Assembly: GCA_964016885.1 (NCBI GenBank)
Contig: CAXHJY010000768.1
Location: forward strand, 1-64,000
Reading direction: 5' to 3'
Length of the DNA stretch: 64,000 nt
Origin: Eledone cirrhosa
Taxonomy: Eukaryota
Position numbers and translations under genes: made by a program. The notes below the pieces were generated by a model that was given only the letters and a program-made list of their open reading frames with translations, searched no databases and was not told where the DNA came from. Of the stretch, positions 13,297-25,983 are shown one piece after another (position 1 is the stretch's first letter; every line of letters starts with the position of its first letter).

Positions 13297-13350
13297 TTGC
13301 AGTGGACCACAATAGGGCAGGAACGGCCACGGAACGATTTGTTAACCTTC
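13297..13350 (-). CDS. PTPRN2: IA-2-like PTP exon ([R]KVNKSFRGRSCPIVVHC + AA)
   Basis: Acceptor atctcag, donor gtaagt; 54 bp = 1+51+2; contains the catalytic-site VHC. Confidence 0.93.
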
Positions 13351-13471
13351 CTGAGATATGGAAATTATGCCACAGTAGAATTTTGGTAAATTCACAGAAT
13401 TATCATCATCATCATCATCATGTATTGGAATAAACAAAGAGAGAAAAAGAGAATAATAATAATAATAATGC

Positions 13472-13730
13472 TTTCTTTATTAACCACAAGGGTTTACACA
13501 AAGTAGACATTAAAGACAGTACAGGACAATACAAGATGGTACAAATGGGCATTTCTGCGTGTAAAAAAAAACAAAAACAGAGGATGTAACAAAAAAAGAA
13601 CAATGAAAAATTCCCCAATTCCGAGGGCCATCGTGCAGAAAGCCCATTAAGAAAAAGCCACGGTGACCCTGACATAATAATATTTCATTTGTTGGCCACA
13701 AGGGTAGACATATAGGGGACAATACAAGAC
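13472..13730 (-). mobile_element. 3' UTR fragments resembling the Tx1/L1-type LINE ends
   Basis: TTTCTTTATT..CCACAAGGG..GGGGACAA motif shared with 27030, 27597, 36940 and 55495. Confidence 0.45.
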
Positions 13731-14107
13731 ATGATTAAAAAGGGAAGTGAAAAATTTGGACCGGATACCTGGAAAGCCATCTCTGCAATAAATACAGAAA
13801 TTAGTGTTGACTGCTACTGGCATGTCTTGAGAAGGGTATTATCAATTTAAAAACCTTCTAAAGACGTTTACTGTTATTTGTGTTCTTGTGGCATCATTGG
13901 TGTGACAATTGATTGTAAAACGTGTGTATTATCAAAAATTTTGTCTCATGTGTCAGGTTGACACTCGGCAGGATTTGGGAAGAAGCAGAATTCAAAGGAA
14001 GTTTCAAATCATGCTAATCTAAACTATAATAAAGTAAGGAGTGTGGGACTATGTACGGTTTATAATTTTTTTATCCTAGTAGTAAAATAAGTTGGACTAC
14101 TTTGAAT

Positions 14108-14427
14108 AAATAATTGTTTCTACTTTAGGCACAAGGCCAGCAATTAACCAGTGAATTACTGGTACTTTATTTTATCGACCCCGTAAGGATGAAAGGCAAA
14201 GTCAACCTCGGCGGGATTTGAACTCAGATCGTAAAGGGACGTAACTATGCTTGGAAAGCATGGCGTCCGACCCTCTACCGATACTGCCAATCCACTGCCA
14301 TTTACTTTGAATAAATCATTGTTTCTACTTTAGGCACAAGGCCAGCAATTACCCAGTGCATTACTGGTACTTTATTTTATCAACCCCGTAAGGATGAAAG
14401 GCAAAGTCAACCTCGGCGGGATTTGAA
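14108..14427 (-). mobile_element. SINE family B, one full copy plus a tandem partial copy
   Basis: Minus strand: TGGCAGTATCGGTAGAG head, GTTCAAATCCCGCC B-box, GCCTTTCATCCTTACGGGGTCGATAAAATAAAGTACC domain. Confidence 0.8.
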
Positions 14428-14744
14428 TAAATAATGAATGAATATTACATAAATTATCTACTAAATTTCATGGCTATTGATTAAATATATTTTGTTTATT
14501 TAAAGATTCACTTCTTTAAAATTTCTGAAATGTCAACACTTCCGGTTGGCCATCGCTTAAATAAACATATTAATTTTCTGTCACTAATTTTCTCCTAATG
14601 CAGTTTATATATAATATCGTCTGTTTTAATGTATCATGGATTACGTTACTGATTACATAAGACAGTGTAACGCAGTCTTCGTTCAATTTCTGTGTATTAT
14701 ATATTGTCAATTACGATTTTATTTGATGTATCATGTCTACCATG

Positions 14745-14860
14745 CTGAGTTCAAATCCCGCCGAGGTTAACTTTACCTTTCATCCTTACGGGGTCGATAA
14801 AATAAAGTACCAGTCAAGTACTGGGTAATTGCTGGCCTTGTGCCAAAAGTAGAAACAAAT
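14745..14860 (+). mobile_element. SINE family B, 5'-truncated
   Basis: Matches 20175-20293. Confidence 0.8.
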
Positions 14861-15344
14861 ATGCACACTAGACATGCTAGTAGAAAACCACCCGAAGGTT
14901 GGTTTTTCTGCTAGTAATAATAATTGAGAAAGAAAGCAAACATTGTTGGATCATAGATATAGCCTGTCCTGCTGATGACAAGGTATGTAACGAAGGAATG
15001 ATAGATATGACAGGTTAGCTGGGGAGATAAAGAAGTTGTGGTCAGGGAGAAAGGTGGTGGTAATAGCAATAATAGTGGGAATCTTGGGAAGAGTGACTAG
15101 AGGTCTTCAGAAGTACCTTAAACAAATAGGGATTGTAATAGAGACGGAAAACTTACGGAAAACAACATAGCTTGGACCAGCTTAAATACTCCAGAGGGTA
15201 CTGGAAAAATAAGGGGTGTTTACTGGTAGTGAACAGCTAACACTGTAAAACATCTCTAGTGTTAGAAGCTGAGATAAGGGGTGTTACCTCAGTTAACTGA
15301 CAGTGAACAGCTAACACTGTAATACATCTCCAGTGTTAGAAGCT

Positions 15345-15490
15345 GCTTGCAAGGGTGGGACGGGAACTGATTCTGGCTTGATTTCTACAGCTAAATGCCC
15401 TTCCTAACACCAACCTCATTTACAGTGAGTGCTGGGTGCTTTTTTTTCCATGGCGCCTCCACGACCACTTTACAGTGAGTGTTGGGTGCT
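15345..15490 (-). mobile_element. SINE family A, 3' fragment
   Basis: Matches 12362-12490. Confidence 0.75.
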
Positions 15491-15494
15491 CTGT

Positions 15495-15822
15495 TTTCAG
15501 CAATCCTGATATGGCCGATCTGGGCTGTATCGGCGACGTTACTCCCCATTACAAATTATCGGACATAACGTTTGGCGCCCCTGATGTCTTAGCGGCAATA
15601 AAGGAAATCAAGCATAATTCAGCAGTAGGTCCCGAAAGGTTCACTGCTTGTTTCTTGAAGGCGTGTCAACACCAACTTACATCTCCTCTTGCCAATCTAT
15701 GGCGGAACTCACTGGATGCTGGATATGTGCCAGAAAACCTTCTATCCCAGTCTGTTGTCCCAGTTTTCAAAAAAGGAAACAAATCCCTTGCCGTGAATTA
15801 CCGTCCAATCTCACTCACCTCA
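15495..15822 (+). mobile_element. Non-LTR retrotransposon ORF2 fragment (CR1/Jockey-like, RT N-terminal region)
   Basis: Translation SAVGPERFTACFLK...VPVFKKGNKSLAVNYRPISLTS, the typical lead-in to the RT domain. Confidence 0.8.
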
Positions 15823-15858
15823 ATAACATATGTACTTGTCTATACCACACTAATTCGG

Positions 15859-15913
15859 ACTGCCTGAAGAGGTCACAGCCAAAGATGGCTGTCACTGAAA
15901 TATATATAGCAGT
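15859..15913 (+). ncRNA. Type I hammerhead ribozyme motif
   Basis: actgc-CTGAAGA-[ggtcacagcca aaga tggctgtcact]-GAAA-tatata-TA-gcagt. Confidence 0.82.
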
Positions 15914-16304
15914 AATAAACAAAGCTAAATTTTAAACATTTGACTTTTTATTTAACTTTATTTTACATTACTCCGGAGTAACCAAACCAACCTGCGCACT
16001 TCGTCAAGTGCTCCAGCTTGCATACTGAGGTGTTGGTATACAACCAACATATACTCAAAATATATATATATATACATATATATATATACATATATATATA
16101 TACATATACATATATACATAAACATATATATATATACATATATAGTATACATATATATATATACATATATACATATATATATATACATATATACATATAT
16201 ATATAAACATATACATATATATATATACATATATATATACACACATATATATATACATATATATATATACATATATATATACATATACATATATATATAT
16301 ATAC

Positions 16305-16353
<49 letters not shown>

Positions 16354-16547
16354 CATTTATATATATATACGTTTATATATAATACGTTTATATATATATA
16401 CATTTATATATATATACGTTTATATATATATACATTTATATATATATACGTTTATATATATATATACGTTTATATATATATATACGTTTATATATATATA
16501 TACGTTTATATATATATATATACACTCATATATATATATACACATAT

Positions 16548-16895
16548 AGGCACATGGCTTAGTGGTTAGAGCATTGGCCTTGCAATCGAAAGGTTGTGAG
16601 TTCAATTCTCAGACCGGGTGGTGTGTTGTTTCCTTGAGCAAGACACTTTATTTCAAATTGCTCCAGTTTACTCAGCTGTAGAAATGAGATGATAGGGACT
16701 GAGGTCCTTATCATTCCACTGCAAAGTGGTCGTGTAGGTGCCACGGCAAAAAAGCACCCAGCACTCACTGTAAATGAGGTTGGTGTTAGGAAGGGCATCC
16801 AGCTGTAGAAATCAAGCCAGAATCAGTTCCCGTCCCACCCTTGCAAGCAGGGAAAAGCGGACGTAAAATGAAATGATGAAATGATGAATGATGAT
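16548..16895 (+). mobile_element. SINE family A, full length
   Basis: GGCACATGGCTTAGTGGTTAGAGC...GTGAGTTCAATTC...CCTTGAGCAAGACACTT...GGACGTAAAATG, then (ATG)n. Confidence 0.88.
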
Positions 16896-16965
16896 ATATA
16901 TATACACATATATATATATATACACATATATATATATATATACACATATATATATATATATACAC

Positions 16966-16998
<33 letters not shown>

Positions 16999-17293
16999 CA
17001 TATATATATACACATATATATATATACATATATATATACACATATATATATATACATATATATACATATATATATATACACATATATATATATACATATA
17101 TACATATACATATATATATATACATATATATACATATATATACATATATATATATACATATATATATACATACATATATACATACATATATATATATATA
17201 CATACATATACATACATACATACATATATATATATATACACATACATACATACATATACATACATACATAGATAATTATATATATATATATAC

Positions 17294-17345
<52 letters not shown>

Positions 17346-17455
17346 GTTCGCTTCTCTTTTATATTCTATTATAATATACGTCTCAGAAATATCTCTTTCT
17401 TAGAGCTATTTTGTTGTAAGAGACTATTTTGAGTTCCTAACTCAATTTATACCTT

Positions 17456-17508
<53 letters not shown>

Positions 17509-17623
17509 TATATACATATATATATATATACATATATATATACACATATATATACATACATATATATATACATATATATACATACATATATATATACATA
17601 TATATACATACATATATATATAC

Positions 17624-17694
<71 letters not shown>

Positions 17695-17738
17695 CATATA
17701 TATACATATATGTATATATATATATATATATACACACA

Positions 17739-17770
<32 letters not shown>

Positions 17771-18455
17771 CACATATATATATATATATATACATATATA
17801 TACACACATATATATATACATATTTATACACACATATATATATATACACACATATATATACATATATATATATATACACACATATATATATATACATATA
17901 TATACACACATATATATATATACATATATATACACACATATATATATATATACATATATATACACATATACATATATATACACATATATACACACATATA
18001 TATATATATACATATATATACACATATACATATATATACACATATATACACACATATATATATATATACATATATATACACATATACATATATATACACA
18101 TATATATATACATATATATATATATATACATATATATATGTATACATATATATATGTACATATATATATACATATATATATATATATACATATATATATG
18201 TACATATATACATATATACATATACATATATATATATATACACATATACATATATATATATATATACATATACATACATATATATACATATATATATATA
18301 TACATATACATATATATATATATACATATACATATATATACATATATATACATATATATATATATATACATATATATACATATATATGAATATACATATA
18401 TACATATATATATACATATATACATATATATATATAAAATATATATACATATACA

Positions 18456-18487
<32 letters not shown>

Positions 18488-18506
18488 AAATATATATACA
18501 TATACA

Positions 18507-18538
<32 letters not shown>

Positions 18539-18556
18539 AAATATATATACATATAC

Positions 18557-18588
<32 letters not shown>

Positions 18589-18785
18589 ATATATACATAT
18601 ATATACATATACATATATATATATACATATACATACATATACATATATATACATACATATATATATATATACATATATATATATACATATACATACATAT
18701 ACATACATATACATACATACATATATATATATACCACTACCACAACTATGTATGTATATGTATGTATATATACATATACATACAT

Positions 18786-18832
<47 letters not shown>

Positions 18833-19033
18833 AATATATATATACATATATACATATATATATACATATATATACTTATATATATATATACATATATATA
18901 CATACATATATATAAATACATATATATATATAAATACATATATATATATACATATATATATATAAATACATATATATATATACATATATATATATAAATA
19001 CATATATATATATACATATATATATATAAATAC

Positions 19034-19064
<31 letters not shown>

Positions 19065-19117
19065 CATATATATATATATACATATATATATATACATATA
19101 CACATATATATATATAC

Positions 19118-19154
<37 letters not shown>

Positions 19155-19193
19155 AACATATATATATACATATATATACATATATATATAAAC

Positions 19194-19228
<35 letters not shown>

Positions 19229-19338
19229 CATATATATACATATAAACATATATATATATATATATATATAAACATATATATATATACATATATATATATA
19301 TACATACATATAAACACACATATATATATATACATATA
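16896..19338. repeat. (TA)n/TACA microsatellite tracts, interrupted at 17345-17458 by a short repeat related to 61420-61525
   Basis: Directly visible. Confidence 0.93.
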
Positions 19339-19597
19339 TGAAAACAGGGAGAAAATGACTATTATTAGGAAGAAAAATCTATTTTTTCCTTTTTATTTTT
19401 TCACTCTTTTTTCTTGGTTAGAAAATGATTAAAACGAAATATGTTAGATTGTGTGAAGTGTTAAGGTATTAGTTAATTTATTTATCTATTTATATATTTA
19501 ATAATTGTCTATTACCGGTTTCAGCATTTATATATATATACATATATATATACATATATATATACATATATATATACATATATATATATATATATGT

Positions 19598-20030
19598 AGG
19601 AGGTAAGTTTTATTGTAGTACAATAAAGCAATGCAGATATCGGATAAGAAGCACTCTACAGTTTGTAGGACTGGAGTATACATAATATAAGATCAAAAGA
19701 TGGTTAAAGGAGTTCCATGTATTTTATTATGCGCATTTCAAAAACAAACATCATCATGCAATAATATTTGTGTCTTCATCAGATAAAACAGGAGAACATG
19801 ATATGAAGGCTAAAAAACACTTGTGGATAGTGCAGTTTTAAATCAGTTTTAAATCAAGATATTTTGATTTAAAACTGCACTATCCACAAGTGTTTTTTAG
19901 CCTTCATATCATGTTCTCCTGTTTTATCTGATGAAAACACAAATATTATTGCTTGATGATGTTTGTTTTTGAAATGCGCATAATAAAATACATGGAACTC
20001 CTTTAATCATCTTTTGATCTTATATTATAT
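19598..20030. mobile_element. Fold-back element family G with hammerheads at 19720-19790 (minus) and 19920-19990 (plus)
   Basis: Inverted arms of about 160 bp; tgttttat-CTGATGA-long stem II-GAAA-tgcgca-TA-ataaaata. Confidence 0.82.
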
Positions 20031-20032
20031 AC

Positions 20033-20079
<47 letters not shown>

Positions 20080-20104
20080 CATATATATATATACATATAT
20101 ATAT

Positions 20105-20293
20105 GGATTGGCAGTATCGGTAGAGGGTCGGACGCCATGCTTTGCAGCATGGAGTTACGGCCCTTTATGCTCCAAGTTCAAATCCCGCCGAGGGTGACTT
20201 TGCCTTTCATCCTTCCGGGACCGATAAAATAAAGTACCAGTAATGCACTGGGATAATTGCTGGCCTTGTGCCAAAAGTAGAAACAATTATTAT
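20105..20293 (+). mobile_element. SINE family B, full length
   Basis: tRNA-like head, B-box, central domain and (ATT)n tail. Confidence 0.82.
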
Positions 20294-20329
20294 TAGAGAT
20301 ATATAAACATCTACCTGCCTATCTATCTA

Positions 20330-23300
20330 TAGTGGTGGTAGTAGTGGTGGTAGTAGTGGTGGTAGTGGTGGTAGTAGTGTTGATGGTGGTGGTGATGGTG
20401 GTGGTGATAGTAGTGGTGATAGTAGTGGTAGTGGAGGCAGTCGTACTAAACCTCAACAGCCCTGATCAGTTTTGTGATAGTGTTAGTGGTGGTAGTAGTA
20501 GAAGTGTTTGTGTTAGTGGTGGTGGTGGTATTAGTGGTAGAGGTGGTATAAGTGGTATTAGTGGTGGTAGAAGTGGTAGAATCGGTAGTGGTGGTAGTAG
20601 TGGTAGAGATGGTAGTGGTGGTAGTAGTGGTAGAGATGGTAGTGGTGGTAGTAGTGGTAGAGATGGTATTAGTGGTGGTAGAAGTGGTATTAGTGGTAGA
20701 GATGGTAGTGGTGGTAGTAGTGCTAGAGGTGGTATTAGTGGTGGTAGAAGTGGTATTAGTGGTAGAATCGGTAGTGGTGGTAGTAGTGGTAGAGGTGGTA
20801 TTAGTGGTGGTAGAAGCGGTAGTTGTGGTAGTGGTGGTATTAGTGGTGGTAGTGGTGCTAGTAGAAAACCTCAACAGCCCTGATCACTTTTGTGACTATG
20901 CAATTTGTTCAAAGTACAATCGCTAAATCACAAAAGCTTCCAGGACTGCCAATAATGTTAGTGTGTCAACAGCAAGACTGGTAGGGTGGTGGTGGTGGTG
21001 GTGGTGGTGAGGTGGAGTGGTGGTGGTGGTGAGGTGCTGGTGGTGGTAGTGAGGTGGAGTGGTGGTGGTGGTGAGGTGCTGGTGGTGGTGGTGAGGTGCT
21101 GGTGGTGATGGTGGTGGTGAGGTGCTTGTGGTGAGGTGCTGGTGGTGGTGGTGGTGAGGTGCTGGTGGTGGTGGTGAGGTGCTGGTGGTGGTGGTGGTGG
21201 TAGTGGTGAGGTGGAGTGGTGGTGGTGGTGAGGTGCTGGTGGTGGTGGTGGTGTGGTGGTGGTGGTGGTGGTGGTGGTGGTGGTGGTGAGGTGGTGGTGG
21301 TGGTGGTGGTGGTGAGGTGCTGGTAGTGAGGTGGAGTGGTGGTGGTGGTGGTGGTGGTGGTGGTGAGGTGCTGGTAGTGAGGTGGAGTGGTGGTGGTGGT
21401 GGTGGTGGTGGTGGTGGTGAGGTGCTGGTGGTGGTGGTGAGGTGCTGGTGGTGATGGTGGTGGTGAGGTGCTTGTGGTGAGGTGCTGGTGGTGGTGGTGG
21501 TGGTGGTGGTGGTGGTGGTGGTGGTAGTGAGGTGGAGTGGTGATGGTGGTGAGGTGTTGGTAGTGAGGTGCTGGTGGTGGTGAGGTGCTGGTGGTGAGGT
21601 AGTGGTGAGGTGGTGGTGGTGGTGGTTGTGGTGGTGGTGGTGAGGTGCTGGTGGTGGTGGTGAGGTGGTGGTGGTGGTTGTGGTGAGGTGCTGGTGGTGG
21701 TGGTGAGGTGCTGGTGGTGGTGGTGGTGAGGTGCTGGTGGTGAGGTGCTGGTGGTGGTTGCGGTGGTGGTGAGGTGCTGGTGGTGGTGGTGAGGTGGTGG
21801 TGGTGAGGTGCTGGTGGTGGTGGTGGTTGTGAGGTGCTGGTGATGGTGGTGGTGGTGGTGAGGTGGTGGTGGTGGTGGTGAGGTGCTGGTGGTGGTGGTG
21901 AGGTGCTGGTGGTGGTGGTGAGGTGCTGGTGGTGGTGGTGGTGAGGTGCTGGTGGTGGTGGTGGTGAGGTGCTGGTGGTGGTTGTGGTGGTGGTGAGGTG
22001 CTGGTGGTGGTGGTGAGGTGGTGGTGGTGAGGTGGTGGTGGTGGTTGTGGTGGTGAGGTGCTGGTGATGGTGGTGGTGGTGGTGAGGTGGTGGTGGTGGT
22101 GAGGTGGTGGTGGTGGTGAGGTGGTGGTGGTGGTGGTGGTTGTGGTGGTGGTGAGGTGCTGGTAGTGAGGTGGAGTGGTGGTGGTGGTGGTGGTGGTGAG
22201 TTGCTGAGGTGCTGGTGGTTGTGGTGGTGGTGCTGGTGGTGAGGTGGTGGTGGTGGTGGTGAGGTGCTGGTGGTGGTGGTGGTGCTGATGCTGGTGGTGG
22301 TGGTGGTTGTGGTGGTGGTGAGGTGCTGGTGGTGGTGGTGAGGTGGTGGTGGTGAGGTGGTGGTTGTGGTGGTTGTGGTGGTGGTGAGGTGCTGGTGATG
22401 GTGGTGGTGAGGTGGTGGTGGTGGTGGTGAGGTGGTGGTGGTGGTGGTGAGGTGCTGGTGGTGGTGAGGTGCTGGTGGTGGTGGTGAGGTGGTGGTGGTG
22501 GTTGTGGTGGTGGTGAGGTGCTGATGGTGGTGGTGAGGTGGTGGTGGTGAGGTGGTGGTGGTTGTGGTGGTGGTGGTGAGGTGCTGGTGATGGTGGTGGT
22601 GGTGGTGAGGTGGTGGTGGTGGTTGTGGTGGTGGTGAGGTGCTGGTAGTGAGGTGGAGTGGTGGTGGTGGTGGTGGTGAGTTGCTGAGGTGCTGGTGGTT
22701 GTGGTGGTGGTGCTGGTGGTGAGGTGGTGGTGGTGGTGGTGAGGTGCTGGTGGTGGTGGTGGTTGTGATGGTGGTGCTGATGCTGGTGGTGGTGGTGAGG
22801 TGGTGGTGGTGGTTGTGGTGAGGTGCTGAGGTGCTGGTGGTGGTGGTGGTGAGGTGGTGAGGTGGTGGTGAGGTGGTGGTGGTGGTGAGGTGCTGGTGAT
22901 GGTGGTGGTGAGGTGGTGGTGGTGAGGTGGTGGTGGTGGTGGTTGTGGTGGTGGTGAGGTGGTGAGGTGCTGGTGGTGGTGGTTGTGGTGGTGAGGTGCT
23001 GGTGGTGGTGGTGAGTTGCTGAGGTGCTGGTGGTTGTGGTAGTGAGGTGGTGGTGGTGAGGTGGTGGTGGTGATGGTGGCGGTGAGGTGAGGTGGTGTTT
23101 AGGTGCGGTGGTTGTGAGATTGTGATGGTGAGGTGTTGTGGAGGTGGTGGTTGTGAGGTGGTGGGAGGTGGTGGTGAGGTGTTGGTGCGGTGGTTTGGTA
23201 TGGTGGTTGTGATGTTAGTGGGTGGTATGGTGAGGCGGTGGTGGAGGTGGTGGTGTTAGTGGGTGGTATGGTGTGGTGGTGTTAGTGGGTGGTATGGTGT

Positions 23301-24468
23301 GGTGGTGGTTTTAGTGGCTGGTATGGTGTGGAGGTGATGGAGGTGTTAGTGGTTTGTATGGTGTGGTGGAGGTGTTAGTGGGTGGTGTGGTGGTGGTGTA
23401 GTTGTTAGTGGGTGGTGTGGTGGTGGTGGTGGTGAGGTGTTAGTGGGTGGTATGGTGGTGGTGGTGGTGTTAGTGGGTGGTATGGTGGTGGTGGTGGTGA
23501 GGTGTTAGTGGGTGGTATGGTGTGGTGGTGGTGGAGGTGTTAGTGGTATGGTGTGGTGGTGGTGAGGTGTTAGTGGGTGGTATGGTGGTGGTGGTGAGGT
23601 GTTAGTGGGTGGTATGGTGGCGGTGGTGGTGTTAGTGGGTGGTATGGTGGTGGTGGTGGTGAGGTGTTAGTGGGTGGTATGGTGTGGTGGTGGTGGAGGT
23701 GTTAGTGGTATGGTGTGGTGGTGGTGAGGTGTTAGTGGGTGGTATGGTGGTGGTGGTGGTGTAGTTGTTAGTGGGTGGTGTGGTGGTGGTGGTGGTGAGG
23801 TGTTAGTGGGTGGTATGGTGGTGGTGGTGAGGTGTTAGTGGGTGGTATGGTGTGGTGGTGGTGGAGGTGTTAGTGGTATGGTGTGATGGTGGAGGTGTTA
23901 GTGGGTGGTATGGTGGTGGTGGTGGTGAGGTGTTAGTGGGTGGTATGGTGGTGGTGGTGAGGTGTTAGTGGGTCGTATGGTGTGGTGGTGGTGGAGGTGT
24001 TAGTGGTATGGTGTGATGGTGGAGGTGTTAGTGGGTGGTATGGTGATGGTGGTGGTGTAGGTGTTAGTGGGTGGTATGGTGGTGGTGGTGGTGTAGGTGT
24101 TAGTGGGTGGTATGGTGTGGTGGTGGTGAGGTGTTAGTGGGTGGTATGGTGGTGGTGGTGAGGTGTTAGTGGGTCGTATGGTGTGGTGGTGGTGGAGGTG
24201 TTAGTGGTATGGTGTGATGGTGGAGGTGTTAGTGGGTGGTATGGTGATGGTGGTGGTGTAGGTGTTAGTGGGTGGTGTGGTGGTGGTGGTGGTGAGGTGT
24301 TAGTGGGTGGTATGGTGGTGGTGGTGAGGTGGTGGTGGTGGAGGAGGTGGTGCACTATCAACAACATAAATATAAGATACATTTCAAACCAAACATGCAA
24401 AACAAAATATGGTTTTAGTAGTAGTACTAGTAGTGGCGGTGGTAGTGGTAGTAGCAGTAATAGTAGTG

Positions 24469-24518
<50 letters not shown>

Positions 24519-24950
24519 GGTAGTCGTGGTAGTAGTAGTGATGGTTGTAGTGGTAGTGGTAGTATTGGTGGTGGTAGTGGTAATATTAGTGGTGGTGGTA
24601 GTAGTAGTAGTAGTGGTGGTAGTAGTAATATTAGTGGTGGTGGTAGTAGTTGTAGTGGTGGTGGTAGTAGTAGTGGTGGTAGTATTAGTGGTGGTGGTGG
24701 TGGTATTAGTGGTGGTAGTAGTATTAGTGGTGGTGGTAATAGTAGTAGTGGTGGTGGTGGTAGTAGTAGTGGTGGTGGTGGTAGTAGTAGTGGTGGTAGT
24801 AGTGGTGGTGGTAGTGGTAGTGGTAGTAGTAGTAGTAGTAGTAGTAATAGTAATAGTAGTAGTAGTAGTAGTAATAGTAGCAGTAGTAATAGTAATAGTA
24901 GTAGTAGTAGTAGTAATAGTAGCAGTAGTAGTAGCAGTAGTAGTAGTTAC
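20330..24950 (+). repeat. Cluster of (GGT)/(AGT)-rich degenerate repeats: 20330-20865, 20985-23090 (GAGGTGCTG modules), 23215-24350 (GGTGTTAGTGGGTGGTAT modules), 24410-24950
   Basis: Directly visible. Confidence 0.93.
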
Positions 24951-25143
24951 TGACATTTCTCTAATATGGAAGGGTGGATTGTATAATTTGTAGAATGTAA
25001 TCCTAGATACACTTAGCCTGGAATATATAAATGGGAGAGCTGCAGCTTGACAACTTAGGGTTAAGACAGAACAACAGCAAGGAAGACCACACTAGACTAT
25101 TTCATTCTAAATAGATATGTATGTGTATATATGTGTATATGTA

Positions 25144-25180
<37 letters not shown>

Positions 25181-25186
25181 ATGTGC

Positions 25187-25224
<38 letters not shown>

Positions 25225-25846
25225 ATATATTATGTCAGGTCACCAGTTGGTGCTACTGGTAACATGTATCCCAGTACAATCTGTCTCATGGTCGGGTCGT
25301 TGGCGACTGAACTGGCAACCACACCAAGGTTTCTTGGTGAGGAGGGTGTCTTTGGACATCCTGCAGGACTAAAAACAAAACCTGTCAAAGGGCAAAGGAG
25401 CTCTTAAGAGTCAATGGCCTTCCAAAATCACAGGGAGAGATGACCCCTTAGCCTTTGTCAAGGCAGAATTCTAGGAGAAGGAAAACTCTGATATAACACC
25501 TGCAACTCTGATGGTATCCAATGATGTTGACTTGTTCTTCTTTTTGGTAAATATCATCTTGGTTAAGAGAGTGGGACTGGCTTTGTGCAGTGCCTTTGCT
25601 CACTATAAAAGCTTCACAGCACAGGCATTGCTTTATATCTGGAGATCTCTCTGCACTTGTCGTCACATGGTACCATGGGCCCAGCACTATGTGTCAATAA
25701 TTGTCACAAGTGTAGTGTTTGTACCAGAGTTTTCAAGTCGCTGGCTGGACTAAAAAGTCACACTCGTTCAGCGCATCGGTAGGGGTTCTCCTATATGAAT
25801 ATAAAGTAGTGGCTGTACTCGAAAACGAGTTGGCAGCCACCATGTG

Positions 25847-25895
<49 letters not shown>

Positions 25896-25983
25896 TGGTG
25901 TGTTTATGTATGGATATGTATATATATATATATATATATAAGTATGTGTGTGTATATGTGTCCCTGTGTATATATATGTGTAT

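Noticed and set aside
14965-15000. CTGATGA motif
   Set aside because: No downstream GAAA/NUH or supporting stems
16548-16620. tRNA gene
   Set aside because: The A/B boxes run directly into a multi-copy SINE body, so this is a SINE head
15958-19335. Long YIYI/ICIY ORFs (also 44039-47909, 55827-59223 and others)
   Set aside because: Translations of (TA)n/(CA)n microsatellites
20448-20897. 30-bp direct repeat AAACCTCAACAGCCCTGATCA flanking a GGT/AGT tract as an element boundary
   Set aside because: Adequately explained by local duplication within a slippage-prone tract
25232-25842. Possible RTE 5' UTR fragment (plus) and degenerate RNase H-like fragment (minus)
   Set aside because: Only short motif resemblances with multiple stops; needs a database search
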